Origin: Syntrophales bacterium
Lineage (GTDB): Bacteria; Desulfobacterota; Syntrophia; Syntrophales; UBA6807
DNA: 64,000 bases
NCBI GenBank assembly: GCA_040767195.1
Contig: JAXGPA010000002.1
Location: 64,001 to 128,000, forward strand
Direction: 5' to 3'
The notes below the pieces were generated by a model. That model ran no database searches, had not been told where the DNA came from, and saw only the letters and a program-made list of their open reading frames with translations. How positions within the stretch are numbered: the first letter of the stretch is position 1; every line of letters starts with the position of its first letter. The translations under genes and the position numbers were made by a program. Below are positions 1 through 9,478 of the stretch, piece after piece.

Positions 1-605
1 GTCAGGGGAAGGTTGTGAGGCACGAAGATCTGTTCTTCATACCCGAGCCGCTTACCGATCAGGATGGCCATGACAAGGGCGGAAACGCCGGAACTCACGT
101 GAACGACGATCCCCCCGGCAAAATCCAGGGCACCGATGTCCCTGAGCCATCCTCCGACGCCCCAGACCCAGTGGGCGATGGGATCGTACACGAGGGTCGT
201 CCACAGGAGGATCAGGAAGGCAAAAGCGGAAAACTTGATCCTCTCCGCGAAGGCCCCGACCATGAGGGCGGGGGTGATGATGGCGAACATGGCCTGAAAC
301 ATCATGAACGAAAGGTGGGGAACGGTGGCCGCGTAGTCCGGGTTGGGATCGAACCCCACGCCCCGAAGCCCCGCCCATTCCAGGCTTCCGATCAGGCCTT
401 TTCCCATGTCGGGCCCGAAGGAAAGGGAATACCCGAAAAGCACCCACTGCAGGCTGACGAGACAGACGATGAAAAAACACTGCATGAGGAGGGACAGGAT
501 GTTCTTTCTCCTGGCCAGCCCCCCGTAGAATAAGGCCACCCCCGGGGTCATGAGGAAGACCAGGGCGGTACTGACGAGAACCCACGTTGTGTCACCGGCG
601 TTCAT
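1..605 (-). CDS. amtB: Ammonium transporter (Amt family), 5' part; runs off the window edge
   Basis: Not in ORF track. Manual translation from ATG at 605: MNAGDTTWVLVSTALVFLMTPGVALFYGGLARRKNILS..., later LDFAGGIVVHVSSG; GGAGGT RBS at 611-616. Confidence 0.93.
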   Translation of the reverse strand, partial: MNAGDTTWVLVSTALVFLMTPGVALFYGGLARRKNILSLLMQCFFIVCLVSLQWVLFGYSLSFGPDMGKGLIGSLEWAGLRGVGFDPNPDYAATVPHLSFMMFQAMFAIITPALMVGAFAERIKFSAFAFLILLWTTLVYDPIAHWVWGVGGWLRDIGALDFAGGIVVHVSSGVSALVMAILIGKRLGYEEQIFVPHNLPL

Positions 606-663
606 GACGCACCTCCGAAAAACCGTGATCGCTCAGAAACCTGAACAAGACATACGGGTAGGA

Positions 664-679
664 TGCAATGAGAGTGCCA
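664..679 (-). promoter_or_regulatory. sigma54 (-24/-12) promoter of amtB
   Basis: Minus strand TGGCAC-TCTCA-TTGCA matches TGGCAC-N5-TTGCA, 59 nt upstream of the amtB start, with an AT-rich tract upstream. Confidence 0.88.
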
Positions 680-859
680 AAGTCATTGCAATTTCATATA
701 TTACTAATATATATTGATATATTGTAAATAGACCTCATAAGTACGTCTTAAAAAGGACCACATCAAAGAAGTGTTATATTTGTATTATTACATAAATGTA
801 TTAAATGGGACGAAACGAAGGGAACACCCCAGCCATCCCCCGTCCTCGACCGCTTGTCC

Positions 860-887
860 TTGACAAGAAAAATATCATGACTAGATT
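860..887 (+). promoter_or_regulatory. Putative sigma70 promoter of the Hsp20 cluster
   Basis: TTGACA (860-865), 16-nt spacer, TAGATT (882-887). Confidence 0.55.
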
Positions 888-979
888 ATGGTTGAGAGAC
901 ATATTAATTAAGAATATCAATTTGTTGTTTCGCTCCAAAGAAAAGCGGAGAACGAAAAAGCAAAAAGGAGGTAGTGACC

Positions 980-1423
980 ATGTTTGGACCAAGATTCTGG
1001 AGATTCGGGAATTTTTCAGACTGGCTTCCCGAAGTTCAGCGCCTGCAGGATGATATGAATCGGGTCTTTTCAGGGTACAGCGCGCCTGCCGCCCGGGACT
1101 ACCCGCTGTTAAACGTGTGGCTTCACGACCACGATGCCCTGGTGACGGCGGAACTGCCGGGAATCGATCCCGATAAACTCGATATCGCCGTTTCGGGCGA
1201 CCAGGTTACCATCAGCGGCACCCGGGAACCGGAGGTTCTGAAGAAAGAAGAGACCTATCATCGAAGAGAACGGCGTTACGGCCCGTTCACCAGGACCCTG
1301 AAGCTGCCCTTCAAGATCGATCCCGATCACGTGGATGCCCGATACGAAAAAGGGATCCTGGAAGTCAGACTTCCCTGTGCCCAGGAGGAAAAACCAAGAA
1401 AGATCGAAATCAAAAGCGCCTGA
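980..1423 (+). CDS. Hsp20/alpha-crystallin small heat shock protein
   Basis: AELPGIDPDKLDI, ERRYGPFTRTLKLP, ARYEKGILEVRLP, C-terminal IEI motif; GGAGG 8 nt before ATG 980. Confidence 0.93.
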   Translation: MFGPRFWRFGNFSDWLPEVQRLQDDMNRVFSGYSAPAARDYPLLNVWLHDHDALVTAELPGIDPDKLDIAVSGDQVTISGTREPEVLKKEETYHRRERRYGPFTRTLKLPFKIDPDHVDARYEKGILEVRLPCAQEEKPRKIEIKSA

Positions 1424-1443
1424 TGAAAGGAGGGTCGATTCCC

Positions 1444-1851
1444 ATGACCATGGAAAACAAGGAAATCAAGAAACAGTCCGCCCCTTCGCCCGCTGATGCG
1501 GAACGAACGAAGCTGCGGCGGGTCTATGTTCCCCGGGTGGACATTTACGAGACCGGCGACGCCCTGGTTCTCCTCGCCGACATGCCCGGGGTGGACGAGA
1601 AGTCCGTCGATATGACCCTGGAAAAAGATGTCCTGACGATTCGGGGTTTTGTGAAACCCCGGGATTACCCGGGCTATTCGTCGGGATTCGCGGAATACCG
1701 AGAAGACGGCGATTACGAGAGAGTGTTCAGACTTTCCGAGGAGGTTTCCCGGGAGAAGATCGAGGCATCCGTGAAAAACGGCGTCCTTAAAATCGTACTC
1801 CCGAAGGCGGAACCCGCCAAGGCTCGAAAAATAGCCATCAAGGCCGGTTGA
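1444..1851 (+). CDS. Hsp20 small heat shock protein
   Basis: PRVDIYE, ADMPGVD, YERVFRL, ASVKNGVLKIVLPK, IAI tail; AGGAGG before ATG 1444. Confidence 0.93.
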   Translation: MTMENKEIKKQSAPSPADAERTKLRRVYVPRVDIYETGDALVLLADMPGVDEKSVDMTLEKDVLTIRGFVKPRDYPGYSSGFAEYREDGDYERVFRLSEEVSREKIEASVKNGVLKIVLPKAEPAKARKIAIKAG

Positions 1852-1877
1852 AAAAAATGAAAAGGAGGTAAACGATC

Positions 1878-2384
1878 ATGTTCAGAAGAAGCCTTTTACC
1901 CTCCATCTGGAGGCGGAGCGATAGCCCGGCGGCACGGGAGGAAGATCACCCCTTTTTCTCGCTCCAGAGAGACATGAACCGACTGTTCGATTCCTTCTTC
2001 AGAGATCTCGACGTGTCGCCTACAGGCCCGTGGGAAACCGGTATGGAGACCTTCAGCCCCTCCATCGACGTCAGGGAGGACGAGAAGGAAATCGTCGTGA
2101 AAGCCGAACTCCCCGGCGTCGAAGACAAGGACGTGGAGGTCCTTCTTTCCGGCAACGCCCTGACCCTGAAAGGGGAAAAGAGGGAAGAGAAGGAGGAAAA
2201 GGAAAAAGGTTATTACCACATGGAAAGGAGATACGGCGCCTTCAGCCGGGTCATCCCGCTGCCCGAGGGGGTGGAAACGGAAAAGGCGGAAGCCTCTTTC
2301 AAGCACGGTATCCTGACGATCCGTGTTCCCCGGAAGGAAAGCGCCATCGAGACTGGCAAGAAAATACCCATCAAATCAGAATGA
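1878..2384 (+). CDS. Hsp20 small heat shock protein
   Basis: PSIDVRE, AELPGV, ERRYGAFSRVIPLP, ASFKHGILTIRVP, IPI tail; GGAGG RBS. Confidence 0.94.
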   Translation: MFRRSLLPSIWRRSDSPAAREEDHPFFSLQRDMNRLFDSFFRDLDVSPTGPWETGMETFSPSIDVREDEKEIVVKAELPGVEDKDVEVLLSGNALTLKGEKREEKEEKEKGYYHMERRYGAFSRVIPLPEGVETEKAEASFKHGILTIRVPRKESAIETGKKIPIKSE

Positions 2385-2393
2385 TGCAAAGAA

Positions 2394-2463
2394 GGGGGAC
2401 GTCCTTAAATATTTCAATAACTTTTTCGAGAAAAAGTTATTGAAATATTTAAGGACGTCCCCC
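2394..2463. repeat. Perfect 34-bp inverted repeat (REP-like, GGGGACGTCC ends) between convergent genes
   Basis: gggggacgtccttaaatatttcaataactttttc-ga-gaaaaagttattgaaatatttaaggacgtccccc. Confidence 0.9.
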
Positions 2464-2465
2464 AA

Positions 2466-3479
2466 TTAAAAACTGCAGACACGGTCTTTCGTCGATTCTT
2501 TCGCCCGGTACATGGCCTGATCCGCTCTCGAAAGAAGATCTCTTTTCGTCATTCCGTGGGTGGGAAAAACGGCAATGCCGAAACTGGCGGTCAGGTAGAC
2601 GGGACCCTCCCCCGACGCCAGGTAGGAGGCTGAACGAACCGCTTCCCGAATGGATTCGACGAACCTCACGGCATCTTCCGAATCCCGGCCGGGCATGAGC
2701 AGAACGAACTCATCCCCCCCGTATTTAATCAGGATATCCGAGGAAGACAGGCAGGATGACATGACCTGTCCCACCTCGGACAGCACCCGGCTCCCGGCGA
2801 GGTGCCCGTGGGTGTCCACCACCTTTTTAAAATTATCCATGTCAATAAAAGCGATGGCCAGACGAGATTCCCGCTCCCGGGCTTCATCGATGAGCTTATC
2901 CAGGACGTCATGGAGATACCGGGCGTTGTAAAGCCCCGTGTATTCGTCCGTCACGGTCATCCTTCGGACCCTCTCGAAGAGCCGGGCGTTCTCGATGGCG
3001 ATGGCCCCGTAGTCCGCCAGGATGGTCAGGACGGGAACATATTTTTCCTCGAAGGACTTCATCTCGGCCACATTGACGATTTCGATGACACCGAGAACCC
3101 GGTCCCTGACTTTCATGGGGACGCAGACAATGGATTTCGTGCGGAATCCTGTTACCTCATCGATTCTACCACTGAAATTCTCGTTTTCGCTCAGGTTGTC
3201 GGAAAAAATGGGGATTCCTGTTTCCGCCACGTGGCCGGCGATGCCCTCGCCCCGTTTCAGACGGATCCCCTCAATGGTTTCCTTTTGCAGGCCGACCGCT
3301 ATCTCGAAGCTCAGCTCTCCCGTCTTTTCGTCCCTCAGAAGAAGAGACCAGTTCCCGGCAGCGATGAGTTCGCTCACCTTGGACATGATGAGATCCAGAA
3401 TTCCCTTGAGATCCAGGGTGGATGTCAGGGCTTTCCCCACCTCAAGACAGGCCCGCAGGGCTTGATTTTCCAGGTTCAT
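2466..3479 (-). CDS. GAF-sensor diguanylate cyclase
   Basis: GAF region (GEGIAGHVAETG, SIVCVPM, AIAIENARLF) then GGDEF domain (DMDNFKKVVDTHGHLAG, KYGGDEF). Confidence 0.93.
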   Translation of the reverse strand: MNLENQALRACLEVGKALTSTLDLKGILDLIMSKVSELIAAGNWSLLLRDEKTGELSFEIAVGLQKETIEGIRLKRGEGIAGHVAETGIPIFSDNLSENENFSGRIDEVTGFRTKSIVCVPMKVRDRVLGVIEIVNVAEMKSFEEKYVPVLTILADYGAIAIENARLFERVRRMTVTDEYTGLYNARYLHDVLDKLIDEARERESRLAIAFIDMDNFKKVVDTHGHLAGSRVLSEVGQVMSSCLSSSDILIKYGGDEFVLLMPGRDSEDAVRFVESIREAVRSASYLASGEGPVYLTASFGIAVFPTHGMTKRDLLSRADQAMYRAKESTKDRVCSF

Positions 3480-3514
3480 TTCTCTTTCTGCCTCGAGCCC
3501 ACACCCCGGTACAT

Positions 3515-3919
3515 TCAGAACCAGCGGCCGCTTTCCTGACTGAAGTCCACGGCAGCGGGGTCACTGATCTTAACGGCAACCCCGAAACCGATAAAAGACT
3601 TCGCCCCGTGCGAAACGTCAATTTTTCTCTTGGCATCGAAAACCGCATCGGCTCCCAGGGCCCGGCCCTTGTCGGCCAGATCCCGGTAGGGTGCCGAGGC
3701 ATGGGGGGACGGTGCCGTGGACACCGGGGCGATGACCTCGCAATTTCCGCAACTTGACAGGGGAAGGCGGCTGACGAAAACCTTCCTTTCATGGGACAGG
3801 TATTTTTGCGGTGTCCCTTCTTCCGCTTGAAGGGTTGAAATAAAAAAGGAACCGCTTCCCATCACCAGGAGAAGGAAAACAGGAAAGGCGATGAAAACAG
3901 CACGACTTTTTTTCACCAT
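3515..3919 (-). CDS. Exported hypothetical protein, possibly YbjQ-like
   Basis: Signal-like N-terminus, GGAGG RBS, GRALGADAV...GVAVKI resembles YbjQ-like folds; CGNC motif. Confidence 0.6.
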   Translation of the reverse strand: MVKKSRAVFIAFPVFLLLVMGSGSFFISTLQAEEGTPQKYLSHERKVFVSRLPLSSCGNCEVIAPVSTAPSPHASAPYRDLADKGRALGADAVFDAKRKIDVSHGAKSFIGFGVAVKISDPAAVDFSQESGRWF

Positions 3920-4017
3920 GTTCCGTCCCTCCTTTCCGCCGGCATTTCCATACCGGCGGTGCCCCGAATCACGGCAAAGTATATGAAAATCACCCGGTCA
4001 TGTCAATTATGCAACAT

Positions 4018-4049
4018 GGGGACGTCCCCAAATATTTAAGGACGTCCCC
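4018..4049. repeat. Short copy of the GGGGACGTCC palindrome family
   Basis: ggggacgtccccaaatatttaaggacgtcccc; the last 20 nt match the right arm of 2394-2463. Confidence 0.8.
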
Positions 4050-4102
4050 TCGCGAGATGTGATATGGAGAGGGGAAAATCATGAAACGGCCCTCTGTCCG
4101 CC

Positions 4103-4930
4103 ATGAATTCGCTTCTTCGAAACGTTTACGTCAACATGCCTTTCCGGTACCTATACGACCGGTACCTCTCCCGTGTTCTGGAGCAAAAGATGAACCTGGA
4201 AATCGGGTTCGACTGTTTCGCCCTCGACCGGTTCGACCGCAGGGATTGCCGAAGGATCGCCGAACAGCTTGAAGAAGCCGGGATTTCCATTACCTTCCAC
4301 GGCCCCTTTTACGATCTCCGGCCCGGGGCGGTGGATCCGAAAATCCGGGACATCACGGCGAGGCGGTTCCGGCAGGTCTTCGACCTGGTTCCCCTCTTCC
4401 GGCCTCGGACCATCGTCTTTCACGCGTCCTTCGACCGGAACTATTACACCTCCCACGAGGACCGGTGGGTCCGGAACAGCCGGAACACCTGGATGCCCCT
4501 CATCGAGGAGGCGGAAAAAACGGGAACGGTTTTATGCCTGGAAAACGTCTACGAGAGAGAACCGGACATCTTGAGACAACTTTTTGAGGAACTGCCTGCC
4601 ACACCCCATTTTGGGTTCTGTTTCGACACGGGACACTGCAATGCCTTTGCAAAGACGGATCCCCTTCTGTGGCTCGAAACCCTCGGTCCCTACCTGGCCG
4701 AGGTGCATCTCCACGACAACCGCGGGGAAACGGACGAGCACCTCCCCGTCGGAGAAGGGACCTTTCCCTTCGCCGTCCTGGGTTCCTATCTCCGGGAACA
4801 CCGCCTCCGGCCCGTCTATACCCTGGAACCTCACACGGAGGAATACCTCGTGAGAACCCTCGCAAGACTGGAATCCATCGGGCTCCCCCTGAATGAACCG
4901 ATCCCGGGCGGGCTGAAAGACGCGCCGTGA
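4103..4930 (+). CDS. Sugar phosphate isomerase/epimerase family (AP endonuclease 2 TIM barrel)
   Basis: [43 protein letters not shown] metal motifs. Confidence 0.88.
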   Translation: MNSLLRNVYVNMPFRYLYDRYLSRVLEQKMNLEIGFDCFALDRFDRRDCRRIAEQLEEAGISITFHGPFYDLRPGAVDPKIRDITARRFRQVFDLVPLFRPRTIVFHASFDRNYYTSHEDRWVRNSRNTWMPLIEEAEKTGTVLCLENVYEREPDILRQLFEELPATPHFGFCFDTGHCNAFAKTDPLLWLETLGPYLAEVHLHDNRGETDEHLPVGEGTFPFAVLGSYLREHRLRPVYTLEPHTEEYLVRTLARLESIGLPLNEPIPGGLKDAP

Positions 4931-5901
4931 GCCGCTATCTCGCAAAAAGACTCCTGTTCATGATCCCTCTCCTTTTCGGGATCACCCTCCTTTCCTTCGC
5001 CGTCATTCACATCGCGCCGGGATCCCCGACGGATCTTCAGACCGATCTCAACCCCCGGGCCTCGGTGGAAATGAAGGAGCGTCTCCGGGCCCTCTACGAT
5101 CTGGACAAACCCCTTCATGTTCAGTATTTCCTGTGGCTCAAGCGGCTTCTCGCCCTGGACCTGGGAACCTCGTTCTCGCCGGACCGCCGGCCGGTCACGG
5201 ACAAGATCCTCGAGCGTCTCCCCATCACCATCACGATCAATGTCCTGTCCATGATACTCATTTTTGCTGTCGCCATACCCATCGGGGTCCTGTCCGCCGT
5301 CCGCCAGAATTCCCTCTTCGACAAAATTACAGGGGTCTTCGTTTTCATCGGTTTCGCCGCGCCGACCTTCTGGCTGGCCCTTCTCCTCATGATCCTCTTC
5401 GGGATACACCTGGCGTGGCTTCCCATTTCGGGGATCCGATCCATCAATTACGAATATCTCCCGTTCTGGAGCGCCCAGGTCGATCTCGCCCGGCACCTTG
5501 TCCTGCCCGTTTTCCTGTCCGCCTTCGGGGGGCTCGCCGGGCTGTCCCGGTACATGCGGTCCAACATGCTCGAGGTGATCCGGCAGGACTACATCACGAC
5601 GGCCCGGGCCAAGGGCTTGAGCGAACGGGCAGTCATCTACCGCCATGCCCTTCGGAACGCCCTTCTGCCCGTGATCACCATTTTAGGCCTCTCCGTTCCG
5701 GGGCTCATCGGGGGAAGCGTCATTTTCGAAACGATTTTCGCCATCCCCGGCATGGGGCAGCTTTTCTACATGTCCGCCATGGCCCGGGATTACCCGGTAA
5801 TCATGGGGATTCTATTCATCGGCGCGGTTCTCACCCTTATCGGAAACCTGCTGGCCGATATTTCCTACGCCCTGGCGGACCCCCGAATCCGGGTGTCGTA
5901 A
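4927..5901 (+). CDS. Peptide ABC transporter permease (DppB/OppB family)
   Basis: [45 protein letters not shown]. Confidence 0.93.
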   Translation: MSRYLAKRLLFMIPLLFGITLLSFAVIHIAPGSPTDLQTDLNPRASVEMKERLRALYDLDKPLHVQYFLWLKRLLALDLGTSFSPDRRPVTDKILERLPITITINVLSMILIFAVAIPIGVLSAVRQNSLFDKITGVFVFIGFAAPTFWLALLLMILFGIHLAWLPISGIRSINYEYLPFWSAQVDLARHLVLPVFLSAFGGLAGLSRYMRSNMLEVIRQDYITTARAKGLSERAVIYRHALRNALLPVITILGLSVPGLIGGSVIFETIFAIPGMGQLFYMSAMARDYPVIMGILFIGAVLTLIGNLLADISYALADPRIRVS

Positions 5902-5929
5902 CCGCCGGGCATCGAATCGACATGAAACC

Positions 5930-6790
5930 ATGAAAAAAAGACACGAGGGACTTTTAAACGAATTCTGGTACCGCTTCTCCAGGAACCGGCTCGCCGTGGC
6001 GGGAAGCCTCCTGGTCCTCCTTCTTTTCGTCGTGTCTTTTCTCGCCCCCCTTCTCTCCCCTTACGATCCCGGCGCCATCAACCTGAAAGAGGTCCTCTCC
6101 CCGCCTTCGAAAGACCATCTTCTCGGAACGGACCAGCTCGGCCGGGACGTCTTGAGCCGGATGATCTGGGGCTCCCGCATCTCCCTGAAAGTGGGCTTCG
6201 TGGCAACGGGCATCGCCATCCTCATCGGGACGCTCCTGGGGGCCCTCTCGGGCTATTACCGGGGGATCATCGATTCGCTCATCATGCGTCTCGTCGATAT
6301 CATGCTGTGTTTCCCGACTTTTTTTCTCATTCTCGCGGTCATCGCCTTTCTCGAGCCCTCCATCTGGAACATCATGATCATCATCGGGCTCACCGGATGG
6401 ATGGGCATCACCCGCCTGGTGCGGGCCGACTTCATCACGCTCCGGGAAAGGGAGTTCGTCCAGGCCGCCCGGGTCATCGGGGCCGGCGACAGCCGCATCA
6501 TCTTCATTCACATGCTTCCCAACGCCATGGCGTCGATCCTGGTGGCGGCCACCCTGGGAATCGCCGGGGCCATCCTGACCGAATCGGCCCTGAGCTTCCT
6601 GGGCATCGGGGTACAGCCCCCGACGCCCAGCTGGGGGAACATGCTCACCGCCGGAAAGGACAACATCGACATCGCCTGGTGGCTGTCTCTCTTTCCAGGC
6701 CTCGCCATCCTCCTGACCGTCCTGGGCTTCAACCTCCTGGGGGAAGGGATCCGGGATTCCCTGGACCCGAGGCTCAGAAGCGGGCGTTAA
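5930..6790 (+). CDS. Peptide ABC transporter permease (DppC/OppC family)
   Basis: HLLGTDQLGRDVLSR, REFVQAARVIGA, LSFLGIGVQPPTPSWG. Confidence 0.93.
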   Translation: MKKRHEGLLNEFWYRFSRNRLAVAGSLLVLLLFVVSFLAPLLSPYDPGAINLKEVLSPPSKDHLLGTDQLGRDVLSRMIWGSRISLKVGFVATGIAILIGTLLGALSGYYRGIIDSLIMRLVDIMLCFPTFFLILAVIAFLEPSIWNIMIIIGLTGWMGITRLVRADFITLREREFVQAARVIGAGDSRIIFIHMLPNAMASILVAATLGIAGAILTESALSFLGIGVQPPTPSWGNMLTAGKDNIDIAWWLSLFPGLAILLTVLGFNLLGEGIRDSLDPRLRSGR

Positions 6791-7230
6791 CAGGGGCTGT
6801 CACAGTCCGTTACGAGGAGCCTGTAACTCATGATGACGGCGTCGAGACCGCCGGGACAGGAAAAGGTCTTCCTGAAAGGGATTCTTTCATAAAGCAGGTT
6901 CGACTGGGGTATATAGCTGATGTAATCCAGAATCTTTCCATCCTTTACGGGCAGGAAAAAGAACACCGGTTCCTCTATCTTGGTCCAGAAACCGGAACCC
7001 TTGTAGACCGCGTAACCCTCCATTACATAAATATCCGGCTCTTCCGTCTTCTGAACGGTGAAATGAAAATCAAACGTTTTCGTTTTAGCGAAACATGGCC
7101 GCCCGTCAACGACCCGGCTCAGATTCTGCCAGTCATAGGAGACCTTATGACCCACATAGGGTTTCGAGCAGGACATGAGTGTTAAAGAAACGGCAAGACA
7201 GAAAATCAAGGCTTTGAGAAAACGTCGCAT
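6787..7230 (-). CDS. Hypothetical lipoprotein
   Basis: MRRFLK + hydrophobic stretch + LMSC lipobox; GGAGG RBS. Confidence 0.7.
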   Translation of the reverse strand: MRRFLKALIFCLAVSLTLMSCSKPYVGHKVSYDWQNLSRVVDGRPCFAKTKTFDFHFTVQKTEEPDIYVMEGYAVYKGSGFWTKIEEPVFFFLPVKDGKILDYISYIPQSNLLYERIPFRKTFSCPGGLDAVIMSYRLLVTDCDSPC

Positions 7231-7554
7231 TTTGAACCTCCTTCAGCGTGATGTTGGTTTCATCTTTCCCTGCCCGAAAACCGGGAAAAATACAGGGAAC
7301 GATAAATACAAGGCAAATATTGCAAAAACAGCGCCATTTGATTAATATATTGTAATAATTAAATATAGAGCGAATGACACGGGCCCCGGTGGCAACTTTT
7401 CCGGGCGGGTCGGTTGGCACATGACAAGGCGCGAGGCCCTGCTTCTTTCCCTTTCCTGACAGAAGACATGGACTGCCAGCGATTTGCCTTATAAATGAAT
7501 GTTACCGACGATAAGGATGAGGCTGGAATCGTCGACTCTTAAGAAAGATTCGAT

Positions 7555-7689
7555 TGTGGTAACCGAAAATTGGTCAGCGGGAGGGTGTTGTGACAACCTA
7601 AAATTGACCACCCTGTCATTCCCGGTTTTTGACTTCGCCCGGCGGTGGTTAAAATTGAATTATCACTGGTGGTTGATTTTCGGTTGTCA
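7555..7689. mobile_element. IS21-like terminal repeat remnant or MITE (no transposase)
   Basis: tgacaacctaaaattgaccacc (7591-7612) vs reverse complement of 7668-7689 (tgacaaccgaaaatcaaccacc), 19/22 identical; extra degenerate copies near 7555 and 7645. Confidence 0.45.
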
Positions 7690-7822
7690 TGCGCTAAAGA
7701 TTACTCGCCAGACTTTGCGAATGCTTGACAAAAAAGGGAAACAATTATAGTCTTCGTTGTTTTCATTACGGTCTTTAAAAAGCGGTTCCGCAAATCCTCA
7801 GAGGGAGATCCGAGACTTTTTC

Positions 7823-9244
7823 ATGATCCACTATGACAACACCACGGACCTCGATCCTGAGGACATCCTCAATCTCCAGGAAAAACTCAAGTTATACGAA
7901 GCCGTCCTGAACAATATACTCAGCGGCGTTCTCATTACCGATCCAGGCGGGAAAGTGATTTTCTTCAGCGAAACGTACGGTCACTTCCTCAACATGGATC
8001 CGAAGACCAAGATCGGCAAACACTGCACGGAGGTTATCGAAAACACCCGCATGCACGTTGTCGCCGAAACGGGGAAGCCGGAAATCAATTTCCCCCATCG
8101 GATCATGGGCCGGGATATGGTCGTCCAGCGTCTTCCCATATGGATCAACGGAAAACTGGCGGCCGTTTTCGGGCAGGTTATTTTTGAAGATGTGAGGGAT
8201 GTCGAAATCTTGGCAAAAAGGCTCAGCGACCTGGAAACGAAGGTCGAACTCTATGAAAAGGAACTGAAGGATCTCCGGGCATCGAAGTACAGCTTCCGAA
8301 ACATTATCGGCGACAGTCCCGCCATGATCGCCTTGAGAGGGCAGGCGGTCCGGGCCGCCAAGATCAATGCCCCCATCCTTCTTGTTGGTGAAAGCGGGAC
8401 CGGCAAGGAACTGTTCGCCCACGCCATCCACAGGGCCAGCGAACGACAGGACAAAGCCTTCATACGAATCAACTGTTCCGCCATTCCGAAGGATCTTCTC
8501 GAATCGGAACTCTTCGGATACGATCCCGGCGCCTTTACGGGAGCGGGAAACAGGGGAAAACCGGGAAAGTTCGAACTGGCCCACCAGGGATCCATTTTTT
8601 TGGACGAAATCGGGGAACTGCCTCTGGACATGCAGCCCAAACTCCTTCGTGTCCTTGAAGACAAGGAGGTAGAGCGCCTGGGGGGAACGAAAATCATGAC
8701 GTGCGATTTCCGTCTCATCGCGGCCACCCACGAAAACCTGGAGGACCTCGTAGCCCAGGGAAAATTTCGGAGGGATCTGTTTTACCGATTGAACGTCATT
8801 CCGCTGAATATTCCTTCCCTGCGGGACAGAAAAGAAGACATTGAACTCACCGCGTATCATTTCCTGCGGATGATCAACCGGGATTTTGGAACGAATGTGA
8901 CCACCATATCCCATGAAGCGCTGGCATTGCTTAAAGAATATGACTGGCCGGGAAATGTGAGAGAGCTGTACAATCTCCTGGAGAGAATTCTTTATTCCAT
9001 GAACGACACGGAAGAAATCATAGAGATGGAACACCTGCCGATTTTTTTCAGCAAAACGAAAAGCGGAAAACGACGTGGAAACATGGTCGAAATGAAAAAA
9101 GTTAAGGAGGAATCGGAAAAACAGGCCATCCTTCATGCCCTGTCCGCGTCAAAGAACAACAAGAACAAGGCCGCCCGGATGCTTGGAATCCACAGAACGG
9201 GACTTTACAAGAAACTCAAGAAATACGACATCCGGTCTTCCTGA
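7823..9244 (+). CDS. PAS-domain sigma54-dependent transcriptional activator (RocR/PrpR-like)
   Basis: GESGTGKE, ESELFGYDPGAFTGA, FLDEIGELP, FRRDLFYRL, WPGNVREL, Fis HTH; start uncertain (TTG 7757 in track). Confidence 0.93.
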   Translation: MIHYDNTTDLDPEDILNLQEKLKLYEAVLNNILSGVLITDPGGKVIFFSETYGHFLNMDPKTKIGKHCTEVIENTRMHVVAETGKPEINFPHRIMGRDMVVQRLPIWINGKLAAVFGQVIFEDVRDVEILAKRLSDLETKVELYEKELKDLRASKYSFRNIIGDSPAMIALRGQAVRAAKINAPILLVGESGTGKELFAHAIHRASERQDKAFIRINCSAIPKDLLESELFGYDPGAFTGAGNRGKPGKFELAHQGSIFLDEIGELPLDMQPKLLRVLEDKEVERLGGTKIMTCDFRLIAATHENLEDLVAQGKFRRDLFYRLNVIPLNIPSLRDRKEDIELTAYHFLRMINRDFGTNVTTISHEALALLKEYDWPGNVRELYNLLERILYSMNDTEEIIEMEHLPIFFSKTKSGKRRGNMVEMKKVKEESEKQAILHALSASKNNKNKAARMLGIHRTGLYKKLKKYDIRSS

Positions 9245-9274
9245 TTATTCCGTCAAGCTCTCTTTTCATCGACA

Positions 9275-9352
9275 TGTAGACAATGAGACACTTTTCACAT
9301 TTCAAACGTGAAAAGCCCCGTTTTCCATCCAATGTGTAGAACTTATTCTACA
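9275..9352. promoter_or_regulatory. Candidate enhancer (UAS) sites for the sigma54 activator
   Basis: TGTAGACAATGAGACA (9275-9290) and palindrome TGTAGAA-CTTA-TTCTACA (9335-9352), 80-160 nt upstream of the sigma54 promoter. Confidence 0.55.
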
Positions 9353-9431
9353 GCCTGCTCGTCCTGCCACACCCCCCGCCGGACCTTATATTAATACGTT
9401 ATATCAATATCTTATCCTTTTTATGTGCCCT

Positions 9432-9447
9432 CGGCACGGGCCTTGCT
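9432..9447 (+). promoter_or_regulatory. sigma54 promoter of the symporter operon
   Basis: CGGCAC-GGGCC-TTGCT (GG-N10-GC), preceded by an AT-rich IHF-like tract. Confidence 0.8.
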
Positions 9448-9478
9448 ATCTTCGTTCGAAAACAAGGAGGTGCCACAG

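Noticed and set aside
15..585. Track ORFs 15-533 (+) and 52-585 (-)
   Set aside because: The real gene is amtB in another minus-strand frame that runs off the window
2394..2463. CRISPR repeat
   Set aside because: No repeat-spacer periodicity and no cas genes
7414..7432. sigma54 promoter at TTGGCAC
   Set aside because: No TTGC/GC at the required -12 spacing
7499..7750. 83-aa ORF upstream of the sigma54 activator
   Set aside because: No RBS or protein motif; it runs across the repeat motifs and the promoter region
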